This document shows positions 25,848 to 39,420 of a DNA stretch of 64,000 bases, in pieces (the first letter of the stretch is position 1; the number at the start of each line of letters is the position of its first letter). The stretch comes from the human T2T-CHM13v2.0 reference genome, Homo sapiens. Both the position numbers and the translations under genes were made by a program. A model generated the notes under the pieces. It saw only the letters and a program-made list of their open reading frames with translations, had not been told where the DNA came from and ran no database searches. Location of the stretch: assembly GCF_009914755.1 (NCBI RefSeq), contig NC_060932.1; one strand, 5' to 3'.

Positions 25848-26060
25848 AACTGCAACCACAGAATGGAACAAAATGCTGTCATTTACCAGCCCCTAAACTG
25901 ATCTTACTTGTGAATTATTCACTGGCCTGGAAGTCATACCAAAGCATGGTCACTGGTTTTCCTAACAACAAAACCACCCCTACATTTACTATTATTAGTG
26001 TAAAAGTATTTTATTAATAACTATGATTCATTTATACAACATAGTTATTAGAAACAGTGA

Positions 26061-26500
<440 letters not shown>

Positions 26501-26568
26501 CAGATAAGGATTCTTATATGCACATGGCCATGAGAGAAATGAGACACAAGTATATATCCAACTCCTAA

Positions 26569-26944
<376 letters not shown>

Positions 26945-27712
26945 TCAAAATTTCTAAACCATGATATGTACAGGAAATGTTCTATCTGAAGAGTTCTCTG
27001 ATACTGAGGGAAAAAAAATGTTCATATTCAGACCCAGGTAAATGCAAGTTCAGTGTGAAACATCCAAACTTCTGTGAGAAAAAAAAAAAAAAAACAGATT
27101 ATTTTTATTAGGCAAGAATTACTCTAAAAATATTTTGAAAACAAGCATCTCTCAATGAATGTAAAACATACTTTTTTATTCCCAAAATGTTCATTAAAAC
27201 AGGAACTTTGGAGAAACTGGCATAGTAATGCCTTTCTATAAATCAAGGTGTCAGCCAGAATTAAATTGGTCATTGGATATGAAAATGCTTTGTAAATCGT
27301 GCCTTTTGTGTGTATTGGTTACTTGCTATTTTTCAGAAAACACTAATAGTAATAGCATAAATTTCTGTAGCCTTTGGAATATTTAAAGGTCTTCAAAGGA
27401 AGCACTCTCACTAATTAATTAATCAAGATCTCAAAGATGGGCTGGGCAGGCATCTTCATAAATAAAGAATAGAGGCTTTGCATTTAGTTCCCTTTGAAAG
27501 ACTCTTACCCAAAGGCAGCCATGCGCCATTACTGTGTGAAACACAGGACACTAAAGATGGATGAGACATGGATTCTTCCCCAAGGAGTTTGTCTACTGGG
27601 AACAACTAGAGCATAAATAATTCCAATATGGTGGAGAAAATGATAGTATTAAATGACTTTGCCCAATGCCACACAGAGAGAATTAACCCCAATTTCCTGG
27701 CTTCTAATCCAA

Positions 27713-27915
27713 TCTCTCTCTCTCTCTCTCTCCACACACACACACACACACACACTCACACGCGCCACATAAACACACACACAATCTGTCTCTCTCTCTG
27801 CCTCTCCCCTGCACACACACACTCTCTCACTCGCTCGCTTTCTGTTTCCCTCTCTCTTTCCCCTACTCTCTCTCTCTTTCTCTCTCTTTCTCTCTTCAGC
27901 CCTTTCTTTCCTCCT
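27713..27915. repeat. Compound (CT)n/(CA)n microsatellite
   Basis: Directly visible. Confidence 0.9.
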
Positions 27916-28154
27916 TAGGATCATCTTGCTTCTGTGCACACAGAAGAAGGCAAGCACCTCTTTGTCTTCTCACAACTCTCCAGACTGAAGTTCACCCCAG
28001 TAAGGGACGGTTCTTGGTTCTTTTCTTCAGATGTCCTCAAACTGCTTAATGCAGTTATAAGCAATGACAAAAATGGGTTGAGGTGCAGCTGAGTCACATT
28101 CCTCTCTGCACTTATCAGTATGCTAGGCAGTTAGCAGCCCATATGAGCTGATCC

Positions 28155-29060
28155 ACTAATTCATTCAGTAAACAGTTATTCAACATCTACTATGTTGTAG
28201 GAAATGTGGTAAGAGCTGATGTTATAGAAATAACTCCACTAATTATAATAGCTATTGCCTAGAGTGTATTTATTATGCACTAAGCATTCTTGTAAATATT
28301 TTGCATTAACTGATTTTATTCTGATGAGAAACATACCATTATGATTGTCATTGTACAGACAAGAGAACTGAGAGAGAGGTTAGGTGATTTGCACAAGACA
28401 CCACTGGTAAGTGAGTGAGCCTCAATTCAAACTTGAGAACTTGGCCTGATCTCACATACTTAACCATTACACCAGTTCCTGACTTTGAGAATATTTGTGT
28501 GCCTGGTGATTTCCAGGGTATTATCTGTGGCCCACTGGTGGGTCTCCAGGATCTTTTGGATAAGAAAGGAATGGATACAATTCTTTGTTATTGCAGAGTC
28601 CTTAATCCATTACCAAATAACAGTGGGAGAAGCATGCTGTGAAGCATTTTGCCCCTTGTAATTGAGTGAAATCCAAAATGCTAGAGAAACACGGGTTTAG
28701 AGAGGGAGGGATGGCATTGAGACATCACTAATGTGTTGTCTTAAGCGCTCTGACAGAGATCTGTAGAAACTTGGAAGGGCTGCTCAGGGCTGCTAGAAGA
28801 AGATGACTTGTGGACAGAGATTTAAAGATTTGTAAGAGCTAGACTAGCTTGGGGAAAAGTAGTTGAGGGGGAAGTGTGTTTCGGGGGGAAAATAGCAGAT
28901 ATAAATACAAGTAAGACATGAGATAGTATGACAAGATCAGAGATCTACTTTCAACTTTTAGTTCAATGTTGCTAAAATATTAGGTGGAAGAAAGACAACA
29001 GTAAAGACAAAGTTGGAGGGAGAGTAACAGCCACATCGTGAAACACCTTCTGTATTGTCA
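28155..29060 (-). mobile_element. Degenerate L2 pieces with an intervening MIR (~28250-28470)
   Basis: ttcattcagtaaacagttattcaacatctactatg; aactgagagagaggttaggtgatttgcacaag. Confidence 0.5.
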
Positions 29061-29559
29061 TCAGCATAAATTTACTAACAAACTATCAAAACCTCTACTG
29101 TTTGGCATTTTCGCCTCCAGAAGCAAACAAGAAGAATGAGGCAAGAAAAGAAATAAAGACTTCTCAATAGTCACAGGGGTCTGCTGGTACTTTGGGTTAT
29201 TTCGCAAGGTGATTTTATTCAGCAGCTCTTAATTAAACCAAAAAGTTGTTGTCTAGTCCCAGTTGGAAAGTGAGAGTTGTGTGCATTTAGTATTCAAATA
29301 CTGTAACAACTCAAGAAATTACAACAGAAGATCTTTGCTGTTAGATCTTATTTTTTTAAAAATCTGTTTCAAATTTTCTGCAATGTATTTTATACACTGT
29401 TGTGTAATAGGTTAGTTGAACACTGCCCATGGAATCATAGTTACTGCTCACTTACTATGAGTCCCACACTGGGCCCAGTGTCTTGTAGACATTCTTTCAT
29501 TTATGTCCTAAAACAAGCTTGTGACATATGTAATATTAGCTGAAGAAAAAGAAATTATC

Positions 29560-30110
29560 CCAATTTTAAGATTCAAAATGACGGTGTTGAGCACCATTTC
29601 ATACTTACTGGCTGTTTAGATATTTTCTTTTTAGAAATGCCTAAAGTTTTTGTCTATTTAGTTAAAATTCAGTTATTTGCTGTTCTTGTCAATTTTTAGG
29701 AGTTTTTAAAAGTATATTCAGGTTAATGAACCTAACTTTTTACTTTATAATTTTTATAATGTCCAGTTTATCGATTTTTAAAATTTATAGTGGGTTCCTT
29801 TTGTGCTTTTCTTTTTCTTTTATTTTATTTTAAATTCCAGGATACACGTGCAGGATGTGTAGGTGTGTTACATAGGTAATCATGTGCCATGGTGGTTTGC
29901 TGCACCTATCAACCCATCACCTAGGTATTAAGCCCCACATGCATTAGCTGTCTATCCTGATCCTTTTGTGCTTTTCAAGCAATCTTTGCCAACAATGAGA
30001 TTATGAAGATAATTCTCCTATATCTATGTTTTATTCTAGGAACTTTAGAGTTTTACTTTTCACATTTAAGTCTATGACTCATCTTAAAGTTTTGTGTCTG
30101 GTGTCAGTTA
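29560..30110 (-). mobile_element. L1M ORF2 fragment, antisense
   Basis: gttgagcaccatttcatacttactggc...cacatttaagtctatga. Confidence 0.7.
29812..29960 (-). mobile_element. Very short 5'-truncated L1PA (PA10-13-like) 3' end
   Basis: L1PA 3' UTR; perfect 16-bp TSD TCCTTTTGTGCTTTTC at 29796-29811 and 29961-29976. Confidence 0.9.
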
Positions 30111-30116
30111 GGAGAT

Positions 30117-30535
30117 CATATTCATTTCCTAGGGTTGCAATCACAAATTATTACAAACAGAATGGCTTAAAACAAAGGAAACTTATTTTTCACAGCTATG
30201 GAGGCCAGAAGACCCTAAACAAGGTGTTGATAGGACACACTACCCCTGAAGGCACTAGGCCAGGATCACTTGTTATCTTTTTTTAGTTTCCTGCTGGCTC
30301 CAGGTACTGTGTGGCTTCTGGAAGTATAACTCCAATCTCAGCCTCTACCTGTACATGGCTGTCTCTTCCATTTTCTCCCTTTGAAATCTCTTATAAAGAC
30401 AGTTGCCATCCAGAATGATTTCTTCTCAAGACCCTTCACTTAATTACATCTACAAAGACCCTTTTCCAACAGAAGTCACATTCAGAGGTTCTGGATAAAC
30501 TTATCTTTTAGGGGTCTAGTACTGAACCCACTGCA
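30117..30535 (-). mobile_element. MLT1B-type LTR
   Basis: tttcctagggttgc...ggcttaaaacaa...cttaattacatctacaaagaccctttt. Confidence 0.8.
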
Positions 30536-30539
30536 AAGG

Positions 30540-31400
30540 TTACACAAAGCTTTCAGAAAAATGGAGAACAGGAATATGCCCCAATTCATTTTATGAAGAT
30601 GATACAATTCTAATACCAAAAGCAGAAAAGAATATGACCTCTCATCCTCCGCAAAAAATGTAGACCCATATTTCTCATAAACATATAAGCAAAATCCTAA
30701 ATAAACTATTATCAAATGAAATTTAGAGATATAGTAAAAAATATTACATCGTGACCAAATGGGACTTATCCTGTGATTATTATACAGTTTTATCTTTTAA
30801 AAAATTAATCAAGATAACTAACCACAAGATAAGCAACTTTGATAATCATCAAAATAGATGAGAAAAACAACATGATATAAGTATACATAGAAAGGCATTT
30901 AATAAAATTTGGCACGTTTTCAAGATGAAATTCTCAGGAAACTGGGGATAGAAGAAAGCCTCCTTAATCTGACGCAGGGTAACTACCAAACAAAACAAAA
31001 TAAAAACCTAGCATGACACTTTGTAGGGAAAATCTGAACGCTTTCACCCTAAGATTGGGAACATACTAAAGATTTCTATTATTGCTATCTCTAACATTAT
31101 AGAGGAGATTCTAGCCATTTCAGTAAGGCAAGAAAAAGGGGGAAACACGTACAGATTGGGAAAAAATAAAAGTAAAAATATCTTCACTCACATATAATGC
31201 ACATATACGTTTATTTTATAGTATATTTAAAATGCTCAAAAGAATCTACAACAGATAAAAATTGTTAAGAGAATTTAGGAAGGTTGCTGAATGAAAGATC
31301 TGTGTACAAGTATTGATCATATTTCTGTATATTAATAATTAACGATTAGAAAATTACTTAACTTTTACATGCTTATAAGACTATAACAATGAAATAATTT
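30540..31400 (+). mobile_element. L1M ORF2 (RT region) fragment, sense, decayed
   Basis: ccaattcattttatgaag...ctaatacca; aaggcatttaataaaatt; cagtaaggcaagaaaaag. Confidence 0.8.
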
Positions 31401-31458
31401 GAACCAAAACTTTTCCTCTCCTACTTTGGTCTTTTGGCTTCCTTTTCTTTTTTCTTTT

Positions 31459-31605
31459 TCTAATTATAGATTTTATTTGTATTTTTTAGTAGAGATGGGG
31501 TTTCACCGTGTTAGCCAGGATGGTCTTGATCTCCTGACCTCGTGATCCGCATGCCTTGGCCTCCCAAAGTGCTGGGATTACAGGCGTGAGCCACCGCACC
31601 CGGCC
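31459..31605 (-). mobile_element. AluY left monomer only
   Basis: ccgtgttagccaggatggtcttgatctcctgacctcgtgatccg; right arm absent. Confidence 0.88.
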
Positions 31606-32040
31606 CAGGCAAGCAATTTATTAACCTGCCAGCTGCCCCCTTAACAGTCAAGGGAAACAGCCCCAAGTTTACAGAATGAGGGGTTTATGCTGGGGAGAGG
31701 AGTTTGAGGGAGTTCTTTGGTATGGCCGCATCCCAGGGTTGTTTGCTGGTTAATTTTGCCACATAGCACCTTGTGATGTTTATTACAGGAGGTGTAGGTA
31801 AAAGTTTGTTTATGCTTCCCACCACTTCACCCTGTGCGGCCTAGATGGTTTGTAATTGGGGTTTGCTTATTGAAGCACGGTCTGATAAGTGGTCTGGGGG
31901 CTTCACCATGGTGCCTAGATAACGGCTTAGAAATGTAAAGAGGCTTGGGGAAATGGTGGGCGGCATGGTGAAGAGTTGCAGAGCATTAGGGGGAGGGGGG
32001 CCGCACCAAGAAGCTTTCTTGGGGCAGTTTGTCCCTAACA
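31606..32040 (-). mobile_element. ERV LTR (family unresolved), 3' end missing
   Basis: Minus strand starts TGTTAGGGACAAACTGCCCC; AATAAA near the left end; abuts an MST LTR. Confidence 0.65.
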
Positions 32041-32350
32041 ATAATGTTTGGAGATGGGACTTTCAGGAGGTAATTAGAATTAGATAAGGTCATGAGGGTA
32101 GGGTCCCCATGATGGAACTAGAGGCTTTATAGGACAGGAAAAGAAACCTGAACTGACCCACATGATCTTGCCCTCTCACCATGAGATGCCCTTCACCATG
32201 TTATGATCAACAAAAAGGCCCTCATCAGATATCCATACCATGCTTTTGGACTTCCCAGCCTCCAGAACTGGTTGCTAATATATTTATTTAAAAAAAAAAA
32301 TTACCCAGTCTGTGGTATTTTGTTACAGCAACAGAAAATGAACTAAGACA
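32041..32350 (+). mobile_element. MSTC/D-type LTR lacking its 5' ~70 bp
   Basis: ttagataaggtcatgagggt...ttggacttcccagcctccagaact...aactaagaca. Confidence 0.85.
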
Positions 32351-32660
32351 AAAGGTTTACGTAACTCAGGAAATTATACTGCCAGATTCAACTCAGATAT
32401 TCTGGGTCTACAGCTCTTACTTTAAATCATTAACACAAAACTACAACCCACCCCCGCCACCACCCCGCCATTTGAAAGGAATATCATCACAGGGCATATT
32501 ATTTTAAAAGTATTTATATCAGTTTATAAAATCATTATGACAGTTATAGAAACAGGAAGGCTTACAGGATACCCCCAACTTTTTATGAATTTTGTCAGAG
32601 TTAAAAACTTCTTATGATGTATGTCAGAGTTTAAAACATTGACCTACAATCGTTTATTTA

Positions 32661-33090
32661 TGTTCTATTCCCTAAAAGGTTCCTCAATCATACCAATCTA
32701 CTGGGCGAGGTGTGATAGCCCCAAAACAGGAAGTGGTCAACTCGCGTGTTGGTAAAAAGAATTTACCAACAACAGTGTAGGTTTGAAAAAGGAAAGTTTA
32801 TTAGAAAGGAGGAAAGCTACAAGAGTGTAGCGGGATGCCTCGGCGAGAGGACTGAGCGCCCCCTGGTGGATATATCATCGGGGTATTTATGGAGCTTAAG
32901 GCGGGAGCTTAGGGTTGTAAAATGAGTTTCAGGGATACATCGAGACTTTAGTTACTTATAAAAGCTGAAAGAGGCCTGGAACCAGATGCGACCAGGTGGT
33001 CTTTGTTCCCTTCTATTAAATACCTAAGATAAGGAGTTTTGCCTCCGAATAGTCTGTTTGGTGGTCACCAGGTGATTTTCACTCTCCTTA
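32661..33090 (-). mobile_element. ERV1 solo LTR (MER83/MER84-like)
   Basis: Minus strand T(A)AGGAGAGTGAAAATCACCTGGTGACCA...GGAGGCAAAACTCCTTATCT...AGAACA; 4-bp TSD TTTA. Confidence 0.75.
32855..32869 (-). promoter_or_regulatory. CTCF core motif CCACCAGGGGGCGCT
   Basis: Matches the canonical CTCF core consensus; binding not demonstrated. Confidence 0.7.
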
Positions 33091-33225
33091 TTTATGTTCT
33101 TTCCTTATCAGAAGATCAAAGGAACTTTTATTTGTTTATTATTTGATTGTTGATCCTTCACTTGTGCCAAGATTGTGTTTCATCAAACACCTCTTTCTCT
33201 CCCTTGCATATTCAACCAAGGCCAA

Positions 33226-33687
33226 AGTATTAGTTTCCAAGGGCTGTTGTAACTCAGTACTACAAACTGGATGGCTTAAACCACAGAAATTTACTGTCTC
33301 ACAGTTCTGGAGGCAAGAAGTCCAAAATCAAGATGTTGGCAGGATTTGTTTTTTCCGAGGACTGTGAAGGAGAATCTGGTCCATGGCCCTCTGGCTTCTG
33401 TTGGTTTGCTGGCAACCTTTGGTGCTGCTTGGCTTCTGCTGTATCACCCCAGTCTTTGCATCATCTTCACGCAGTGTGCTTCCCTGTGTGCACCTGCACA
33501 CAAACTTTCTCTTTAAAAGGACACTAGTCATATGGGATTTGGGCCCCACCCTTACTATAGCGTGACCTCATCATAACGAATTACATCTACAACAAACTTA
33601 TTTCCAAATAATGTCATGTTTTTGAGGTACTGGGTATTAGGATTTCAACACAGGAATTTGGGAAGAGATACAATTCAACTCACAACA
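33226..33687 (-). mobile_element. MLT1C LTR
   Basis: gtattagtttcc...cagaaatttactgtctcacagttctggaggc...caattcaactcacaaca. Confidence 0.88.
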
Positions 33688-34019
33688 GCGACCATAGTAT
33701 TTATTTATTCAGTTAACAAAACTAGCATTTTTCCCACCCTATATAATTAATAACTTCTGGCAGAGGAAGGACATCTGGAGTCAGTTACTCCAGAACTACA
33801 AATGAGAAAGAGAAATGGGTTTCAAAGGAGAAATCAGATTCTGTTACCAGATAAAATATGGAATAAATGTTGGGCAGGCATTGACAACAGAATTTTTATA
33901 CTCTTGAACATTTTCTCGTGTGTCTTTCACTTTCTAATTGAGAGAAGGCTGGATTCCCCTCTTATCACGTCACTTAGCTTGTGCTAAGCTCATAAATATT
34001 TTTTATTGATGAGGTTAGT

Positions 34020-34340
34020 AGTATTTTGTCTAAAATATCCACTGCTCTTTCTTGCAGAAGGCTAATATTTGTTCCCTTCTAGGAAGTGAGGCTTGTGCAC
34101 GTGACTTGCTTTGGCCAATGGAATTGGAAGTATCATGTGCAACTTCTGGCCAGAGGTTTTAAAAGACACTGGTTCTTTTCCATTTTTCCTCTGCAATAAA
34201 CATGGCTACATCCAGATAGAGCCTGGACGTTTAAATGAAGACATGGAGTACAGCTGCCATCAACCCATAGTGAAAAAACAGAGACTTTGAGCTTTGAGGT
34301 AAGTGACTTCACTTTGATCACTGTCAGGATTTGGTGAACT
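34020..34340 (+). mobile_element. MLT1I/J-type LTR fragment
   Basis: cacgtgacttgctttggccaatggaa...tgtgcaacttctggccagagg. Confidence 0.6.
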
Positions 34341-34391
34341 TTTTTATAAGAATTTACACCTTATTAGATCTTGTGGGTGCCCCTTCCAGTT

Positions 34392-34608
34392 CCAGGGTCC
34401 CAAATTCAAATGCCTCTGGGAACTGAACAGGTAATTTCACATGATTCTAAGGCCAATGGTAATTGTACTAGGGACAGCTAGGATCAGAGGTGAAAAGAGT
34501 GCATACCCCTGGCTAAAAGCATGTCAACTTAAATCCTTTTCAAAAACTCCGCCAAACCAAACCTACTTTCTGCAAGAAATCAGTCCTGGGACCACCAGTT
34601 GACCTCTC
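34392..34608 (-). mobile_element. MER102-like hAT element
   Basis: caaattcaaatgcctctggg...gccaaaccaaac...ccaccagttgacctct. Confidence 0.55.
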
Positions 34609-37600
34609 CAGCTACACCGGGCAGTTCTCTCAGTGCAGCCCAGGGTGGCAATTCCTACAAGCTTATAGGGATTAGTTCTTAACAGACTGGAGCCTGAATT
34701 GGAGCCTGAATTCCAAGTAACTACCAAGGATCTTTCTATAGGGAGATCAACGCTAATGAAGGGCATTGTATAGAGCTACAAAGAATGGAATTTAAGCCAT
34801 CACAGTACAGTTGCATGAATAAACTTTAATTTTTTTAAATTATCTGTTGTAAGACAAGGAAACAAACAAACAGGTTTTCCTCAAGGAGAGAACATGCCCC
34901 AATAGCTGGCTTCCTTTCATTTCATCCTGAAATCCTTGTTTAAAATAACTTAAATCATCGGAGAAGCACTAAACTTCTCCTTACAGCTAATCTGTTCAGC
35001 AATGCCACAGAAGAATGCAGACTGAATAGCAAGTCTGAGCAGATTCCCTGGGACAGGACCTCTTGAAAGGACAGGGGAACTGTTTTCCTCAACATAAAAG
35101 GGAATAGAACACATTTGCTCCGTTTTTTACTTTTCTGTTCTGAAATATGAGAAACACTTTCAAAGAGTTCCTTAGGAATCCCTAAGAATAAACTATTTCT
35201 GTCCCCACACACCCATTTCTCTTTGTGGAAATCAGATTACACCCTCCCAGTGATTTCTCAGAAGAAAATCAAAGCATACAACTCCGGAAACATTCAAAAT
35301 AGTCTCCCTTCCTCAGAGCGCGCTGGTAGCTGTGTGGATCCAACGGCACTGTGGGAGTCTGAGTTCATATCCTGGTATTGCTAGGCAGATGACATCACTC
35401 TTATTTTCCATAAAGAGTTGTTCCATATGTGCTGCTAGCTGAGAAAAACACACATATGTGGCAACTGTAGATGAAATATACGTGCAATGTGAGCCCAGTC
35501 CAATTCGCCTCTTAAAAGAAACAGCGACACTATTTAAGCTCTGTTTAAGCAATACTGATAAAATAGCATTTTCTCTTCTGACTTTAAAAACAATTCCCAA
35601 GCCTGCATGGAATCAATTTCCTCAAATAGTTATAAACCTTTTGTTAAGTCTTCTTAACATAATAGGTTAGCTTTACATTTGGGAGTCACTAGATATAACA
35701 GAAATAATAGGTTATGTTTTCCAAGAGCTTGTAGCATGCTGGGGTAGCCTCCTCAAATGGTGTGCTTCCCACTTTAGAGGTGACAGAAACTCAGCCTCAG
35801 AGAGGTTATATAAATTGTGCAGTTATGCTGCTGATACTGGGGTCTGAGTTTCCATCCCTGGCAAATCTGAAAGCAAACCTAGAGCTCCTTCCACCTGGGT
35901 GTGTTCAGAAAACAATGAAAAGGTGAAAGGCAAAGAGTTGTTTCTGATAATATTGTTTTGGAATGGGATTATGTGCCGAACCTCTTCTCTCTGGAATGCT
36001 TCAGAGTCAATCTGTTCCCTCAATTTTTTTTTTTTTTCATTTCATTCTGAAGGCAGGCTGGAGTAAGAGAAGCAGACACTTTGAAGCCCTTTAGAAGCAA
36101 AATAGCACATAAAGTGAAGAAGTCACAGTGACTGCTGTCGTTCCGAAAGCGCAGACTGCATTTCCAAAAGGATTTGATCTTGTCTGAGTTTAACCCGGAA
36201 GATTACAAATCTGTGTCACTGGCAATACTATTAATTCCTAGAGAGTTTTACTAATATCTTTTCTCTATCTTGTCTGCCTTAAAACTTTCCCCAAGGTACC
36301 GGGTGAACAGAATTCTTTTCCTTTATAATTGTTGTAATCTCCCATTTTCTCACTGACCTCCCCTATCCCCCCAAAACCTTTCTAAATCTTCCTAAGTGGC
36401 AAATTAAAGGATTTGCCCCTGGTGCTGCCTCTGACCCTTTAGAAGCTGAATGACAATTGTTTCCTCTCTTTTCTTCCTGACTCCTCCCCTTATCCCTGTC
36501 TTGGGAAGTTGAGCTTCTTCCAGTGAGGTCTTTCCCATCAATCCCAGGGACCTCCTCTGCTCTGTTTGTCTACAATCATGAGATTGGGCATTTCTTCAGA
36601 GTTTAAAATCAGGCTTTGCAATTTGACTTTTGGGGACTGGGAACAGAGTGTGGTATGGGGATAATTTTTTAATAATGCCTTGGTCTCTTACCCAGAGAAC
36701 TGTCAGCCAACCCCACTCTCCAATCCCCAGGGGAAACTGCCAATATTACCATAGGAAGGATCAATAGAGTTGCCTCAGCAACAGTAATCAGCCATGAAAC
36801 CATTTTTCCTGGCTGTTTGGATACACTGAGTGGACTGGGAGCAGAGGTGTGTCCTTCCTGTCTTTCACGGAGTCCATGGATATGAGTTGATTGTATTCAC
36901 TGGATCCAGTCCCCTGCAATGGGCACTAGGTGAGGTCACAGCCTGAAGAGGATCTGTGAGAAGCCTGATTTCACTTGAGATTTCCTAAGAGAGCCTTTGA
37001 AATATGCCGCCACATCCTAAAAGTTTTCAAGAACATTTGTCAGGAGCCAAATTTCTAGGAGTCAGAAATGTATATTTAACAGCCGACTCCACTCTGGTCA
37101 TTTGCTGAGATCTGCACCCCTTGTTCTGGCATAGAAAAGAAAAGAATCAGTTGGAATCAGGGTGGAAGAATAAGACTTGGCTGTTAGCTGCAAAGACAAG
37201 GAGCAGGCAGAGTAGATTGTGGGGTTTTTTTCCCCGCTCATTGATTCCAGCTTTAGCCCAGCACAAGTTTATTTTTAAAAATGTGGATGCTCCATTTTCA
37301 GAGAGTGATCTAAAAATATATGCCTGCATGCCTGTGGCTGTAATGTGTATATAAATCCAAAGCCACAAAAGAAAGTGATTATATTATACTCAGGAGCTCA
37401 GATGCATTACAAAGCAGAACTGGAGGAGCCCTCCCTACCTTCCTCATCAGGAAAGAACGTATGTGCACATTATGTCCATGTATATATTTTCAGAGTGAGT
37501 TTCATGAATGAGTAAGATAGGTTTTCTATGCAGAGTAATTTAAGGACACCAAGAAAGGCTGTTTTTCAAGTATGATGCCATATTGGCCCTCTATGCTGTC

Positions 37601-37639
37601 TAAAATGACACCCTTGGCAAAAATAAAACTATAAGAATG

Positions 37640-38095
37640 AAAGCAAACGTTGATTAGGGGTGCTGTTTCCACATGTTAGGCATCATGCTTAGTCTTTTCA
37701 GGTTTCACTCCCTTTACTCCACATTAGAACAAAGTAAATCAGGTACTGATATTATTATGATGTAACAGATGAAGAAACTGAAGTTAATGAGATTGAGTAA
37801 GTTGTCCAAAGCCATGCCCAGAAGGAAAATGTTTTCTGATTCCACAACCCATGTCGTTAACAACCACATGATGAGAGGCAGTGTGCACGGTGGTTAAGAA
37901 TGGGCCCAGCTTCTAGCGCCAGGCTGCCTGGATTTGAAACTGAAGTCTGCCTAATACCAGCTTTTTCATTATAAGCAAGCTATTTAACCTCTCTGTGCCT
38001 CAGTTTCCTTCTCGGTAAAAAATAAGGATAATAATTTGACTCTTAGAGTTGCTGAAAGGAATCAATAGGTTAATTGATGTAAAGCTCTTAGAGAA
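37640..38095. mobile_element. Two adjacent MIRs head-to-head (- ~37640-37870; + ~37875-38095)
   Basis: acagatgaagaaactgaag; tatttaacctctctgtgcctcagtttcctt. Confidence 0.75.
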
Positions 38096-38227
38096 TGAAA
38101 GTCATCAGGGACTGGCAAAGTTTTACTTTTTGCATTGCACGGCCACCCAAAGCCTATACTGCATAGTGAATGTGTTTTCTTTTACAAACGAGTAGAGTAC
38201 TAAAAGCTACAGACTCAGACAATCTGC

Positions 38228-38842
38228 TGTTGAGGCTCAGAAAAGCCAATACTCCAAAATGAAAGTCTCATAAGCAAAATTTCTCTTGGAACTTCTGCCC
38301 TCCGGTCTCTCGCCTCTTCTTCTCTCCTGAGGAATAGTAATTAGAATACCTCTTCCCCAGGATGGGTCAGAGAAACCAGAACCCCTTTCCCCCAAAGCCA
38401 GTTAGAAAGCCTGAAAATATTACTCTAACCTTCCCTCATCTTTCTGTGTAACAGCAGGCCATTAAGAAATTGAGACCTTTATTCCAGAGAAGTCCTATCC
38501 CATACCTGGGAGGAAAAAAAATAAAAAGCTACAACAGAGAGGCCAAGAAGAATCTGGACAGACAGGCCTTGGTGGGTTTCCTCACTCAACTACCATTAGC
38601 TCATAACCTTTTTGTCCAATCGCATTTCTACATGACTGTCCTGGCTTCATTGAACCTAAGCATAAAATCATACAGCTTCTCCTGTATCTTTGGGTCTTCA
38701 ATCTGAAAGCCATTGTTGAATAAAAGTCTAATCAAATAAATTTGTTATCCATTTCTCTTGTTAAACTGTCTTTTGTTATAAGAGTGTCAGCTGCAACTTT
38801 AATGATGGGAAGGAAAGGGATAATCCTCTTTCTGCCCCTACA
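38228..38842 (+). mobile_element. MER39B-like ERV1 solo LTR
   Basis: tgttgaggctcagaaaa...ccaaaatgaa start; ...ctgcccctaca end; AATAAA near 38720-38740. Confidence 0.85.
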
Positions 38843-39006
38843 CAGCCATTCATGTTAATATAGATTGCTTCATTTAACTAGCTCAGATGAGGACAATGAA
38901 AGATTGGGCATATGGTTTGGGGCTGGGGAAAATTAACTCCAGTGTTTGGAGTAGTGATAACGGAGGTTGGGGGGAAAATGGAGTGGTATGGCTAACTAAA
39001 GGGCTG

Positions 39007-39420
39007 TGATATCGTTTGGATATTTGTCCCAACCCAAATCGCATGTTGAAATGTAATCCTCGATATTGAAGGTGGGGCCTGGTGGAAGGTGTTTGGATCA
39101 TGGGGGCAGATGCCTCATGAAGGGTTTAGGCCATCCCCTTGGTGATAAGTGAGCTGTGGGTCTGAGCTTCCCACAAGATCCGGTCCAGATGTTTCTCGTC
39201 TCTCTCTCTCCTCTCTCTCACTCCCATTTTTACCATATGATGTCCCTCTTCTTCATTCACCTTCTGCCATGACTGAAAACTCCCTGAGGCCTCCCTAGAA
39301 TCCAAGCAGGTGCCAGCACCATGCTTCCTGAAAAGCCTGCAGAACTGCGAGCCAATTAAATCTCTTTATAAATTACCCAGTCTCAGGTATTTCTTTATAG
39401 CGTGCAAGCATGGCCTATCA
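39007..39420 (+). mobile_element. MSTB-type LTR
   Basis: tgatatcgtttggatatttgtccc...aaattacccagtctcaggtatttctttatagc. Confidence 0.9.

Noticed and set aside
27628-27957. ORFs rich in His-Thr, Ser-Leu and Glu-Arg
   Set aside because: Translations of the (CA)n/(CT)n microsatellite
32738-32770. Hairpin GTTGGTAAA-AAGAA-TTTACCAAC
   Set aside because: Lies inside the ERV1 LTR and is probably intrinsic to that LTR family
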